From assembly GCA_017648085.1 (NCBI GenBank), contig JAGCJI010000141.1, forward strand, positions 1 through 39,560: 39,560 bases of DNA, written 5' to 3'. Below the pieces are notes generated by a model. The model made no database searches, was not told where the DNA came from, and saw only the letters and a program-made list of their open reading frames with translations. The stretch comes from Clostridia bacterium. Its GTDB lineage: Bacteria; Bacillota; Clostridia; Oscillospirales; CAG-272. Below, in pieces: positions 1 through 9,250 of the stretch; positions within the stretch are counted from its first letter, which is position 1; the number at the start of each line of letters is the position of its first letter. A program made the translations under genes and the position numbers.

Positions 1-2056
1 GGGTAAGGTTTATACACGTGATATAAGCGTTCTTACTTATGAGGAATTCGGCGCAAAGGGTGACGGCGTCTCCGATGACTTCTTTGCCATAAAGGCGGCG
101 CATGATGCGGCAAACGAGGGCGGTCAGCTCGTTATGGCAACCTCGGGAAAAACCTACCGTATACACGACACGCGTGACAGTATGGGCGTTGTTAATTACG
201 TTGATATTCGTACGAACGTAATATGGACTGGCGCGAAATTTATTATAGACGACACTGATTTTTCCACCTTTGACGGCACCGGCGTTAACGGACTTGATCT
301 GTTTATCGTTTCTATGGATACCCCCACGGTAAAGATAACCGACAGCGAAGTGCTTTCGGCAATCGTTGCGGCAGGCTTCAACCGTGAGGTCGACCATATC
401 AAGCTCCCGGAAATTGATTACCCTGTGCTTATTATTCCATACAACAATTCCCACAAAGTTTACCGTCGCCCCGGCTTTGGCTCATATACCGGTCAGGCAA
501 TGCACGAGCTTATAGTGCTTGATGAAAACGGAAAGATAAACGATGAAACGGCTTTGTTCTTCGATTATAACGCACTTGACGAGCTGGTTATATATCCGCT
601 TGTTGACGAGCATATAACCATTGAGGGTGGTCATTTCGTTACCAAAGCCAGCCACGTCAACATACTTCAATATGATATAAAAGGTAATTGCACCGGTTGT
701 CGCAACGGGTATTTTGAGCGCGGTATCGAGGTACAGCGTCCGTTTACCACCGTTAAAAACGTAGAGCACTACGTTGAGGGTGAGGTCACTCTTGCCGAGC
801 AGGCAGAGGGAATCTTCGGCCCGACCTATAACGGATTTTTCTGTGCATCCTTTACCACTAATGTTACTTTCGAAAACTGCGTTATGACGGGTAGAAGATG
901 CTTCCGTAAGAACAACATCCCCGGCGCGGGCAGCGGTACGAGCGGCTCTTACGATTACTCGCTCCACGAGGCAAACAAGGTCGTTTTCCTTGGCTGTACA
1001 CAGTCTAACTTCTGGATCACGATCGACCAGAGCACCGGCGAAATTAAGGCGGCAACCGAGGATACTCCCGGCGCTACCTTAAGCATGACTCCTACAAGCT
1101 TCGGTGGCATCAATTTTCAGATAATCTGGGGCATCGGAGGCTCGAATTACACCAAAAACATGGAATTTATAAATTCCACCATTTCCCGTTTTGATGCTCA
1201 CGCGGGCATTATGAACGGTAAAATTATCAATTCCAGCGTAACTGCTGTTTCTCTTGTCGGTGGCGGTGAAATGCTTCTTGAGAACGTAAATTGGTACGGT
1301 GAGGGACAGGGCGACTGCGATTCTATCGTAGGTATGAGAAGCGACTATTCATCCCCTTGGGACGGCACTATTATCTTGAAGGACGTCACCGCGCACGTCA
1401 GCCCCAACAATCCTTTCTCTATAGTAGGTCACGGTTATACAAACTGGTATGCGGGATATGAATCCTGCTACCCCAACGTTGTAATCGACGGGCTTAACGT
1501 TTTATACGACGAGAATGATCCCAGATACGGATCGACGGAGATTATGCTTATGTCCGTCGGAGTTGTCGGAAAGGTTGGCAACCAGGAGCGATTCTTGCCC
1601 GGCGTTCTGGTTGAGCCGCAGATGCATCTTCCCGAAACCCAGAACACTCCACCCAAATATGCCGACGTCGACCACAATAAAGACGGAATCGTTGACGGCA
1701 CCGACTTTAACGGCAACGGCGTGCTTGATACGGACGAGGGCGAGCTTGGACACGACGGCGATATCGACACCTCGGGTGTTATAGCCACGACAAAGAGATA
1801 TAACCTCAACCCGATACGTCCGCCGAAATTTATTGAGATCCGCTCCAACCCCAACGGATACACCTATCTTGTACCTGACACGAGCGGAGTGGCGAGTCGC
1901 GCACTTTACGGCGTTCCCGAAAATATGGGCGGCTTCTTCGGTTGCACAACCTTCTACTATACCGACGCAAGCGGCAACAAGCAGTCTATACTCGGAACGG
2001 CAACGAATGTAGATGGATCTCCCTTCAAATTCGGATATATTGAGGTCCTCCATTAA
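1..2056 (+). CDS. 5'-truncated large putative surface (lipo)protein with a beta-helix-type domain (GAKGDG..DD cap) and C-terminal DxDxDG motifs; paralogue of 18468..21485
   Basis: The frame is open from position 2 (GKVYTRDISVLTYEEFGAKGDGVSDDFFAIKAAHDAANEGGQLV) into ORF 134..2056, so the true start lies upstream of the window. It shares collinear blocks with the 1005-aa ORF: IPYN.SHKVYRR, ITIEGGHF.TKA, QSNFWIT, SRFDAH.G..NGKIIN, GMRSDY, GHGY.NWY.GY and GGFFG.T.F.YTDASGNK. Confidence 0.8.
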   Translation, partial: GKVYTRDISVLTYEEFGAKGDGVSDDFFAIKAAHDAANEGGQLVMATSGKTYRIHDTRDSMGVVNYVDIRTNVIWTGAKFIIDDTDFSTFDGTGVNGLDLFIVSMDTPTVKITDSEVLSAIVAAGFNREVDHIKLPEIDYPVLIIPYNNSHKVYRRPGFGSYTGQAMHELIVLDENGKINDETALFFDYNALDELVIYPLVDEHITIEGGHFVTKASHVNILQYDIKGNCTGCRNGYFERGIEVQRPFTTVKNVEHYVEGEVTLAEQAEGIFGPTYNGFFCASFTTNVTFENCVMTGRRCFRKNNIPGAGSGTSGSYDYSLHEANKVVFLGCTQSNFWITIDQSTGEIKAATEDTPGATLSMTPTSFGGINFQIIWGIGGSNYTKNMEFINSTISRFDAHAGIMNGKIINSSVTAVSLVGGGEMLLENVNWYGEGQGDCDSIVGMRSDYSSPWDGTIILKDVTAHVSPNNPFSIVGHGYTNWYAGYESCYPNVVIDGLNVLYDENDPRYGSTEIMLMSVGVVGKVGNQERFLPGVLVEPQMHLPETQNTPPKYADVDHNKDGIVDGTDFNGNGVLDTDEGELGHDGDIDTSGVIATTKRYNLNPIRPPKFIEIRSNPNGYTYLVPDTSGVASRALYGVPENMGGFFGCTTFYYTDASGNKQSILGTATNVDGSPFKFGYIEVLH

Positions 2057-2074
2057 AGCACCAATAAAATGAAG

Positions 2075-2105
2075 AACGGCTTTCGCATTTCGCGAAAGCC
2101 GTTTT
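2075..2105. terminator. Intrinsic terminator between convergent genes
   Basis: AACGGCTTTCGC-ATTTC-GCGAAAGCCGTT forms a 12-bp stem followed by TT, just after the stop at 2056. Confidence 0.75.
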
Positions 2106-2215
2106 ATTGTATATAGCCCGAGTCCGTTATGATGGCTCGGGCGGATTGTTTTTGACGCCAAAGGTCCTTACTCACCGCGCCTGATGCGTGACGTTTTTAA
2201 TTATTCAAAGGTGCA

Positions 2216-3169
2216 TTATTTTGACACGGTGTCCGTCAGCGAGCGCATATAGTGGAATATGTACTGCTGTGCAACTCCGGCGTATTTGCCAAGGCTCTTC
2301 GGGTCGAGCGAGCCGCCAAAATGCTCGTCGATAGCGCGCTTCATCCACACGTCTATCGGAAAAGCCTCCATATTTCTAAAGCCAAAAAGGGCAACGCAGG
2401 CTGCTACCTTATCACCGACTCCAAGTATTTTCTTCAGCTCCTCGCACGTCACCTCATAGGATGCTGCCGCGGCAATTTCTTGAAGATTGGTCGTACCCGT
2501 GTCGATTCTTTTGGCCGCATCGCACAGGTATTTATACCTGAATCCCACCTTTGCCGGCAGCATCTTTTCGGGATCTGCATTGATGTCACTTGCGCTCGGA
2601 AAGCTGTAGCAAGCCCCACATTCGCGACATTTTTCTTCACACGGGGGTGTATCTATCCTGTTTAGCGGACATTTTTCAGCGCCGGATTTATAGGATAGGT
2701 TTTCTCCGTACTCCGTGCAAATTCTCTTGACTATCTTCTTTATTCGCGGGATATTGTTGTTTTGTGAGATTATAAAGGACACGAGCGATTCCCACGCATC
2801 CTGGCGCAGTATTGCTATTCCGCCAGCCGCCATCGCCGCTCTCTTAAGAAAATCCGAGTCGGTCAGCGATATTATCTCGTCACGTATTACGGTATAGTCG
2901 GTATCAAGGTCGAAGTACGGAACTGCTACGGAGAGAAAATCCTCCTCGTTCATATCGTAGAATAACAGCTCGCCCCGCACGCTTTGCCCAACGCGCATGA
3001 GTCTGTCCTTCGCCACGGTGAGATATTCAACGTATCCTCCCTCTTTTTTTATCAGCTCGTGGCGGAAGCACTGACCGCACTCCAGGGTGTCCGAAAGATC
3101 GTAATCACCGAGCCCGAATACGTGTATAATGCTCTCGCCAACGCCTCTTGCTTCAATTTTGTAAAACAT
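2216..3169 (-). CDS. ogg: 8-oxoguanine DNA glycosylase/AP lyase (Ogg1-like, HhH-GPD)
   Basis: Motifs TLECGQCFR and ILRQDAWESLVSFIISQNNNIPRI, HhH GVGDKVAAC with catalytic Lys, FPIDVW with catalytic Asp, and YAGVAQQYIF. Confidence 0.9.
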   Translation of the reverse strand: MFYKIEARGVGESIIHVFGLGDYDLSDTLECGQCFRHELIKKEGGYVEYLTVAKDRLMRVGQSVRGELLFYDMNEEDFLSVAVPYFDLDTDYTVIRDEIISLTDSDFLKRAAMAAGGIAILRQDAWESLVSFIISQNNNIPRIKKIVKRICTEYGENLSYKSGAEKCPLNRIDTPPCEEKCRECGACYSFPSASDINADPEKMLPAKVGFRYKYLCDAAKRIDTGTTNLQEIAAAASYEVTCEELKKILGVGDKVAACVALFGFRNMEAFPIDVWMKRAIDEHFGGSLDPKSLGKYAGVAQQYIFHYMRSLTDTVSK

Positions 3170-3181
3170 TTCTATTTCCTC

Positions 3182-3210
3182 TTGAAAAAGCCGTTTTTAT
3201 GGTGTATAAT
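3182..3210 (+). promoter_or_regulatory. sigma-A promoter for the DUF6062 operon
   Basis: TTGAAA(3182-3187)-17 bp-TATAAT(3205-3210). Confidence 0.7.
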
Positions 3211-3233
3211 GGTTATGCGTAATATTTTATTAT

Positions 3234-3262
3234 ATTTTAGCATAGTTTTAACTTTATTTCAA
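3234..3262 (-). promoter_or_regulatory. Possible sigma-A promoter for ogg
   Basis: Minus strand TTGAAA(3262-3257)-17 bp-TAAAAT(3239-3234). Confidence 0.5.
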
Positions 3263-3279
3263 GTTCTCGGAGAAAAAAT

Positions 3280-3984
3280 ATGGAGCAAATTTATACCATA
3301 CCCGTCGGCGAGGCGTTTGATGAGGTCGGACAAAAGCCGGAGTGCGGATGTCCCTTTTGCGTGCTTTACCGCCGTCTGCAAAACGATGAAATAGATATAA
3401 TTCTCGGAGCTTCGATGATGGAGCCCGATATCAGAATGAAAACTAACGAGCAGGGCTTTTGCCTAACTCACTACAATATAATGCTTCGCCGTAAGCGCAT
3501 GCTCGGTATGGGACTTATGCTTGAGAGCCATCTTGCGGAGGTTGAAAAGAAGATAGAAGGTCCCACCCTTCTCGGCAACAAGGTGCAGGCGAGCGTAGCC
3601 GCACTCGGAAAGCTTGAGTCGGACTGCTACGTTTGCTCCCGTATAGACCGCAACCTTTCGGCGATGATAGCTACCGCGGTATATCTCTTTGAGAGCGATC
3701 TTGATTTCCCAAAGCGCTTTGCCGGCGCACCGTATTTCTGCCTGCCGCATTACAGTCGGATGATGGAATACGCATCAAAGAAGATGTCAAAGCGCGCCTT
3801 CCGTGACTTTTACGACGTGGCGCACGGAATTGAATCAAAGTACGTAAAATCGCTTCAGGGCGATGTGTCCTGGTTTTGCAAAAAGTTCGATTACAGATAC
3901 GACGAGGAGCCTTGGTACAACGCGAAGGATTCAGTATACAGAAGTATAAAATTCCTCTCCGGCGACCCCGGTGTTGACGATTAA
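3280..3984 (+). CDS. DUF6062-like protein with two CxxC...CxxH putative metal sites
   Basis: Duplicated module CPFC...GFCLTH and CYVC...YFCLPH; C-terminal WFCKKFDYRY resembles the family as recalled; GGAG SD. Confidence 0.7.
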   Translation: MEQIYTIPVGEAFDEVGQKPECGCPFCVLYRRLQNDEIDIILGASMMEPDIRMKTNEQGFCLTHYNIMLRRKRMLGMGLMLESHLAEVEKKIEGPTLLGNKVQASVAALGKLESDCYVCSRIDRNLSAMIATAVYLFESDLDFPKRFAGAPYFCLPHYSRMMEYASKKMSKRAFRDFYDVAHGIESKYVKSLQGDVSWFCKKFDYRYDEEPWYNAKDSVYRSIKFLSGDPGVDD

Positions 3985-3995
3985 AGGAGTAAGAG

Positions 3996-6326
3996 ATGGT
4001 AATTAAAAAGATCCACATCAAAAGCTTCGGAATGATAACCGATATGACGCTTGAATTTTCAAGCACGATAAACGTTATCGAGGGACAGAACGAGGCGGGA
4101 AAAACCACCATAGCCGCGTTCATAAAGTATATGCTTTACGGCTTTGACAACGGCGAGGATAAGGAGGTCCTCTCTGAGCGCGTTAAGCGGATCAATTGGT
4201 TTAACGGCAAGGCTGAGGGCTCTATGACTGTGCTTGTCAAGGGGAAGGAATATCTTATCAACCGCTCGACCGAGAGGGTAGAGGAAAACGGCAGAATATC
4301 CTATAAGGAGGATTCGGCAATTCTCGACCTTGAAACCGGTGCGCCCGCATTTGGAAAAAGTCCTGCCGGTGAGGTCTTCTTCGGCGTTGACGGGGGACTC
4401 TTTGAAAATACTGCGTTCGTCGGACAGATAGGCGATTCCGCGATCAACGAGGGCTCGGTAAAGGAGTCTATTGAAAACATTCTCTTTTCCGGAAGCGAAA
4501 AGATAAACAATCAGCGCGCCGCAGCGAAGGTTGCGGTAAAAATGGAAAATCTTCTCCACCAGAACGGCATGGGCGGTGTTATCTACGACCTTATGCATCG
4601 CGAGGAGGATCTTGAAGCGAGATTTAAGCAGGCGGACGAGGATAACAAGGCGATACTTGAAAAGGAAGCAAAGCTCCACGAGATAAAGAGCGCGAGGGAT
4701 CAGGCTATTGAAAAGCGCGATCAGTTTATCGACCTTGATATATGCTATAAGAATTTCCTCATAATTCAGGATTTCGACAACCTCCATGAGCTTGAGGAGG
4801 AGCACGAGAAGAAGAACGAAGAGTACAATAGCTTCGTGCTTGAAAACACCCGCGCGGGATTTGTGCCGACCGAGCAGTATCTTGCGGATATCGCATCGGC
4901 GCGTAAGGGCGTTGACGACGCCTATAAGGAGCTCGTAGAGGCGAACCACCGTTACACCGATGAAAAGAATGCGGTTGGAATAACCAAGGAGATCGAGGGT
5001 GCTATTGAGCTTGCCGACGAAAACGGTGGCGAGCAGCAGGTGATGTCCATTGCGGGCGCACTTCGCAAAAGCCAGATAAAGAACATCGCTGCAATAATCG
5101 GTGGCTCGCTCGTTGCTATCGCGGCGGCGGTCGTTGAGATAGTGGCAAAGGGCGCGCTTGCCGGTGTGCTTGCAAGGATCGCGTTCGGGCTTCTTCTTGT
5201 GGTGGGACTTGGCTGTGCGGCTACAATGGCGTTTTTCTTTGCAAAGAACAAAAAGCGCCTTGACGCGATACTCAATAGATTTTCAACCGAGTCCATACAA
5301 GATCTCAAAAATAAGATTGCGGTTATTTCCGAGGCACGCGAGAAGCGCGACGGACTCATCCGCTCCACCGAAAACGCAAGACTTGCCGTTGAGGCGGGCA
5401 AGATAAGCTACGACAGGGCAAAGAACGTTTTGCTCGAGGTGATTCTCCGTTGGGGAGAAGAGCCCCCACATTCAAAGCTTGGAGAGTTCCTTGATGCGCT
5501 TGAGGAAAAGGTGCACGCCTTCCTCGCAGACGAAAAGGCAATTCTTGAAGAAAAGGTTGAGCTTGAAATGCGCGTGCGCATGCTGCGCGAGAAGCTCGCG
5601 GGCAAGAGCGAGATAGACATTCGCGCGCTCGTTCCCCCTTTTAAGCGCAGGGTGCTTGAGAAGGTTGAGCATGAAACCATCCTCGAGGGTATTGAGCAAT
5701 ACAGACTTATAATCAGCGCGCAGGATGCTCTTGCGGAGGAGGTAGAGGCAGAGCTCTCGCTTATAAAGACGAGAAGCACTGACCCCGGTGAGATCTACGC
5801 GCGCATCCGAGCAAACGAGGAGCGTATGGAGGAGCTTAAGGCTCAACACAAGGCGTATTACGTTGCTCTTAAGGCGATAGAAAACGCAAGCGATAATCTC
5901 CGCGATGAGATATCTCCCCGTCTTGGAGAGTATTCCACCGCGCTTATGGAGATAATGACTAACAAAAAGTACACCTCCTTTGACGTAAGCGATGGCTTGA
6001 AGGTGACCTTTAAGGATCAGCTCGGTGCGGACAAGTCGGTGGATTTCCTTTCCGGTGGAACGCGCGACCTTGCATATGTGGCTGTCAGAATGGCACTTAT
6101 AGATATGCTTTATACCGAAAAGCCACCGATCATATTTGACGAGAGCTTTGCCCATCAGGATAACTTAAGGGCAAAATCTATGATGAAGGCGATACATACG
6201 CTCGCCGAGGCGGGACATCAGAGCTTCATATTCACCTGCCGCGCAAGAGAGGGTACGCTTGCCAAGGAGCTGTCGCGTAAAAATGAAATATTCAAGCTTC
6301 ACGGAAGCGACGATGCGACATTTTAA
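3996..6326 (+). CDS. YhaN-like SMC/Rad50-type ATPase with coiled coils and a central hydrophobic hairpin
   Basis: N-terminal IKSFG and Walker A GQNEAGKTT; C-terminal signature LSGGT, Walker B/D-loop IIFDESFAHQD and FIFTC; long heptad regions; two hydrophobic segments mid-protein. Confidence 0.8.
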   Translation: MVIKKIHIKSFGMITDMTLEFSSTINVIEGQNEAGKTTIAAFIKYMLYGFDNGEDKEVLSERVKRINWFNGKAEGSMTVLVKGKEYLINRSTERVEENGRISYKEDSAILDLETGAPAFGKSPAGEVFFGVDGGLFENTAFVGQIGDSAINEGSVKESIENILFSGSEKINNQRAAAKVAVKMENLLHQNGMGGVIYDLMHREEDLEARFKQADEDNKAILEKEAKLHEIKSARDQAIEKRDQFIDLDICYKNFLIIQDFDNLHELEEEHEKKNEEYNSFVLENTRAGFVPTEQYLADIASARKGVDDAYKELVEANHRYTDEKNAVGITKEIEGAIELADENGGEQQVMSIAGALRKSQIKNIAAIIGGSLVAIAAAVVEIVAKGALAGVLARIAFGLLLVVGLGCAATMAFFFAKNKKRLDAILNRFSTESIQDLKNKIAVISEAREKRDGLIRSTENARLAVEAGKISYDRAKNVLLEVILRWGEEPPHSKLGEFLDALEEKVHAFLADEKAILEEKVELEMRVRMLREKLAGKSEIDIRALVPPFKRRVLEKVEHETILEGIEQYRLIISAQDALAEEVEAELSLIKTRSTDPGEIYARIRANEERMEELKAQHKAYYVALKAIENASDNLRDEISPRLGEYSTALMEIMTNKKYTSFDVSDGLKVTFKDQLGADKSVDFLSGGTRDLAYVAVRMALIDMLYTEKPPIIFDESFAHQDNLRAKSMMKAIHTLAEAGHQSFIFTCRAREGTLAKELSRKNEIFKLHGSDDATF

Positions 6327-6343
6327 TTTGAAAGGCATGACAG

Positions 6344-7282
6344 ATGGCTAAAAGGATACTTGTAATCGGAAGCTCCAATATGGACCTTTCCCTTAACGTA
6401 TACAGACTGCCCTCCGCGGGAGAGACCGTTATTGACGACGGCGGCGTGGCTTACACCCCCGGCGGTAAAGGAGCAAACGCGGCGATATCATTGCGGCGTC
6501 TTGGCGCAGACACCGTGTTTTGCACAAAGCTCGGTGCGGACAGCCACGGACAGAAGCTCTACGGATACTTTAAGGACGAGGGACTTGACACGTCGTATAT
6601 TAAGGTGGACCGAGATTTCCCCACCGGCTTTGCCGCAGTTATAAAGGAATCCGACGCGCAGAACAGAATAATCTATTATCCGGGTGCGAACACCAATCTC
6701 ACGCGCGAAAATCTTTTAGAGGCGTTTTCCTGTTCTCCCGACGCAGTTTATCTCAACTTTGAGATATCATTTGAAGCGGCGATGGTGGCGGCAAAAATCG
6801 CAGCCTCGCGTTCGATACCCGTATTTATTGATGCAGCACCCGCATCGGCGGATTATCCCCTCGAATCCCTGCCTCCCGTTGAAATTTTCAGCCCCAACGA
6901 GAGTGAAACCAAGGAGCTTACGGGCATACTCCCGGCAGGTGCAGATTCCTCGCTTCGCGCGGCACTCGCGCTTTGGAAGCGTGTAAAATGCAAATATATC
7001 ATCATAAAGCAGGGCTCTCGCGGTGTTTTCGTTTACGACGGAAAGCACTACAGCATGATCCCCGCCTTCCGCGCAGACAAGGTGGTCGATACTACCGCTG
7101 CGGGAGATGCGTTCGGTGCGGCTATGCTGCTTGAATATCTCTCGCACGGCGACGTAAATCTTGCCGTTAAATACGGCGCGGCGGCAGGTGCGGTCGCCGT
7201 ATCCCGTGCTGGCGCGGCAACCTCTGTGCCAACTGCGTCAGAGGTGCTTGAATTTATAAGAAAAAGACCAAATGAGATATAG
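6344..7282 (+). CDS. rbsK: Ribokinase (PfkB family)
   Basis: IGSSNMDL, PGGKGANAA, SPNESE and DTTAAGDAF PfkB signatures. Confidence 0.85.
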   Translation: MAKRILVIGSSNMDLSLNVYRLPSAGETVIDDGGVAYTPGGKGANAAISLRRLGADTVFCTKLGADSHGQKLYGYFKDEGLDTSYIKVDRDFPTGFAAVIKESDAQNRIIYYPGANTNLTRENLLEAFSCSPDAVYLNFEISFEAAMVAAKIAASRSIPVFIDAAPASADYPLESLPPVEIFSPNESETKELTGILPAGADSSLRAALALWKRVKCKYIIIKQGSRGVFVYDGKHYSMIPAFRADKVVDTTAAGDAFGAAMLLEYLSHGDVNLAVKYGAAAGAVAVSRAGAATSVPTASEVLEFIRKRPNEI

Positions 7283-7358
7283 CCTTTTGCGCTACGCGAT
7301 CCTAGGCGCATCAAGCTGATATTTTGAAACTTTAAACAAAGGAAGCAAAAAGCGTTTT

Positions 7359-8285
7359 ATGCATTACGTTTTTTCTGAATTGACAATTCCGTCATCCGAT
7401 GGAATTCACAACTTATATACGGAAATATACGCCCCTATGACGGGCGAAGTCAAGGGCGTGATCCAGCTTGCGCACGGTATGATAGACCACGTAGGCAGAT
7501 ATAAGGCACTCGCGGAGTTCTTCGCCGCGGCGGGATACGTCTTTGCCGGTCATCACCACCTCGGTCACGGAAAAACCGTTAACTCGGCTGACGAGTACGG
7601 CTATTTTGCAAAGCGACACGGTGTAAGCTATCTCGTCGGGGATATGCACCGTGTGAACCTAAAGCTGCGCGAGCTTTACCCAAGCCTGCCAATCACCGTG
7701 CTTGGTCACAGTATGGGCTCGTTTATCACCCGACTCTACGCCGTAGCGTATCCCGAAGATATGGAAAAAGTGATAATTCACGGCACGGGTGGTCCTAATC
7801 CGCTTTTACCTATGGGTAAATTCGTGGCGGGCGCGATTCGCCTTTTCCGCGGCGGCAAGCACAGAAGCAAGCTCATAACCGGCCTCGCGTTTGGCTCGTA
7901 TAACTCCCGCTTTCCCGAAAGCGACGGTAAAAACGCATGGCTCACACGCGACGTGGCGCGGGTAAGCGACCGAAAGGACGACGAGCTGTTGCGCTTCATA
8001 TTCACAACGTCCGGTTACCTCGACCTTTTCACTATGATAGGCAAGGTGAACTCGCGTGCGTGGTTTAAAGCCTATCCCAAGGATATGCCCACTCTGGTTA
8101 TCAGCGGTGACGCCGATCCCGTCGGTAATTACGGCAAGGGCCCGATCTACGTTTACGACAAGCTCGTCGGTCACGGCGTCGGCGGAGTTGAACTGAAAAT
8201 GTATGAGGGCGCGCGTCACGAGCTTTTCAATGAAACGAACAGTGACGAGGTCTTCCGCGACCTTCTTATTTGGGTAGAAAAATGA
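7359..8285 (+). CDS. Alpha/beta hydrolase, lysophospholipase (PldB-like) family
   Basis: QLAHGMIDH, GHG, nucleophile elbow GHSMG, SGDADPV and GARHELFNE. Confidence 0.85.
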   Translation: MHYVFSELTIPSSDGIHNLYTEIYAPMTGEVKGVIQLAHGMIDHVGRYKALAEFFAAAGYVFAGHHHLGHGKTVNSADEYGYFAKRHGVSYLVGDMHRVNLKLRELYPSLPITVLGHSMGSFITRLYAVAYPEDMEKVIIHGTGGPNPLLPMGKFVAGAIRLFRGGKHRSKLITGLAFGSYNSRFPESDGKNAWLTRDVARVSDRKDDELLRFIFTTSGYLDLFTMIGKVNSRAWFKAYPKDMPTLVISGDADPVGNYGKGPIYVYDKLVGHGVGGVELKMYEGARHELFNETNSDEVFRDLLIWVEK

Positions 8286-9250
8286 TACGCGCAATTGCAT
8301 TGACCGGGCCTACCGCCTCGGGCAAAACGGGACTCTCAATAAAGCTTGCCGCAGACTTGTCGGCGGAGATAATTTCTTGCGACTCGATGCAGATATATCG
8401 CGGCATGGATATTGGCACGGCGAAGGCGACGGATGATGAGCGTGCCGCCGTTCCGCACCATATGCTTGACCTGATCTCACCGAGCGAGGACTTCAGCGTG
8501 GAAAGCTATCGCGAGGGAGCGCTGGCTGTTGCAAAGGAAATAGTCGCGCGCGGAAAATTGCCGCTATTCGTAGGTGGCACCGGGCTATACGTTGACGCCG
8601 CACGGCGCGCACCGTTAAGCGACGTACCCGAAAGCTCGCGCGAGTACAGGGATAAGCTGCTTGCAGGTATAAAAAGCGAGGGGGATATCGAGGAGCTTTG
8701 GCAAAGACTTGCCGCTGTAGATCCCGAGTCCGCTGCGGCTATCCATAAAAACAATGTCCGCCGCGTGATAAGAGCACTTGAAATATACGATAAGACGGGA
8801 AAGACGAAAAGTTATTTTGATAAGCTCTCAAAAGAAAAAAACGCGGATTTTGACATGAAGATAATAACTCTCGACTTTCACGAGCGAGAGAGCTTATATA
8901 AAAAAATTGACACGCGTGTCGACTTGATGATGGAGGAGGGGCTTCTCGACGAGGTTCGGGAGCTTTACCTTGGCGGCACTCTTAAGCACGGTACTACCGC
9001 CGCACAGGCGATAGGATATAAGGAGATAATCAAGTATCTTGACGGCGAATCTTCGCTTCTAGATGCGGTGGAGCTTATAAAGCTATCTTCACGCAGATAC
9101 GCAAAGCGTCAGCTCACTTGGTTCAGACACGAGGAGGATGCATATCGCATCTACCTTGACCGCGAGGACGGTACTGCACGCGAGCCCGAGGACGTTTACT
9201 CGGAGCTGATTTGTATTACAAAAGAAATATTAAGGAATTTTCAGGTATGA
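8282..9250 (+). CDS. miaA: tRNA dimethylallyltransferase
   Basis: GPTASGKT, DSMQIYRGMDIGTAK, VGGTGLY, QAIGYKE and YAKRQLTWF. The ATG at 8282 overlaps the upstream stop (ATGA). Confidence 0.95.
   Translation: MIRAIALTGPTASGKTGLSIKLAADLSAEIISCDSMQIYRGMDIGTAKATDDERAAVPHHMLDLISPSEDFSVESYREGALAVAKEIVARGKLPLFVGGTGLYVDAARRAPLSDVPESSREYRDKLLAGIKSEGDIEELWQRLAAVDPESAAAIHKNNVRRVIRALEIYDKTGKTKSYFDKLSKEKNADFDMKIITLDFHERESLYKKIDTRVDLMMEEGLLDEVRELYLGGTLKHGTTAAQAIGYKEIIKYLDGESSLLDAVELIKLSSRRYAKRQLTWFRHEEDAYRIYLDREDGTAREPEDVYSELICITKEILRNFQV

Noticed and set aside
134-136. ATG 134 as the start of the first gene
   Set aside because: The frame is open and homologous to the 1005-aa paralogue back to position 2, so the gene starts upstream of the window.
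2110-2200. Extra hairpins (GCCCGAG/CTCGGGC and others) downstream of ogg as a possible small RNA
   Set aside because: There is no promoter or known RNA motif, and the hairpins are compatible with a second terminator between convergent genes.
4059-6155. Long antisense ORFs (e.g. 4059..4949 and 5472..6155; similarly 10942..11880, 19224..20126, 33689..34348, 38352..38969)
   Set aside because: They are shadow frames opposite well-supported genes, with no motifs or expression signals.
8270-9246. Upstream extensions of miaA (8270), galK (9211), recX (11685) and dapA (33355) in the ORF track
   Set aside because: Downstream ATGs with ATGA coupling, SD sequences or family-typical N-termini fit better.
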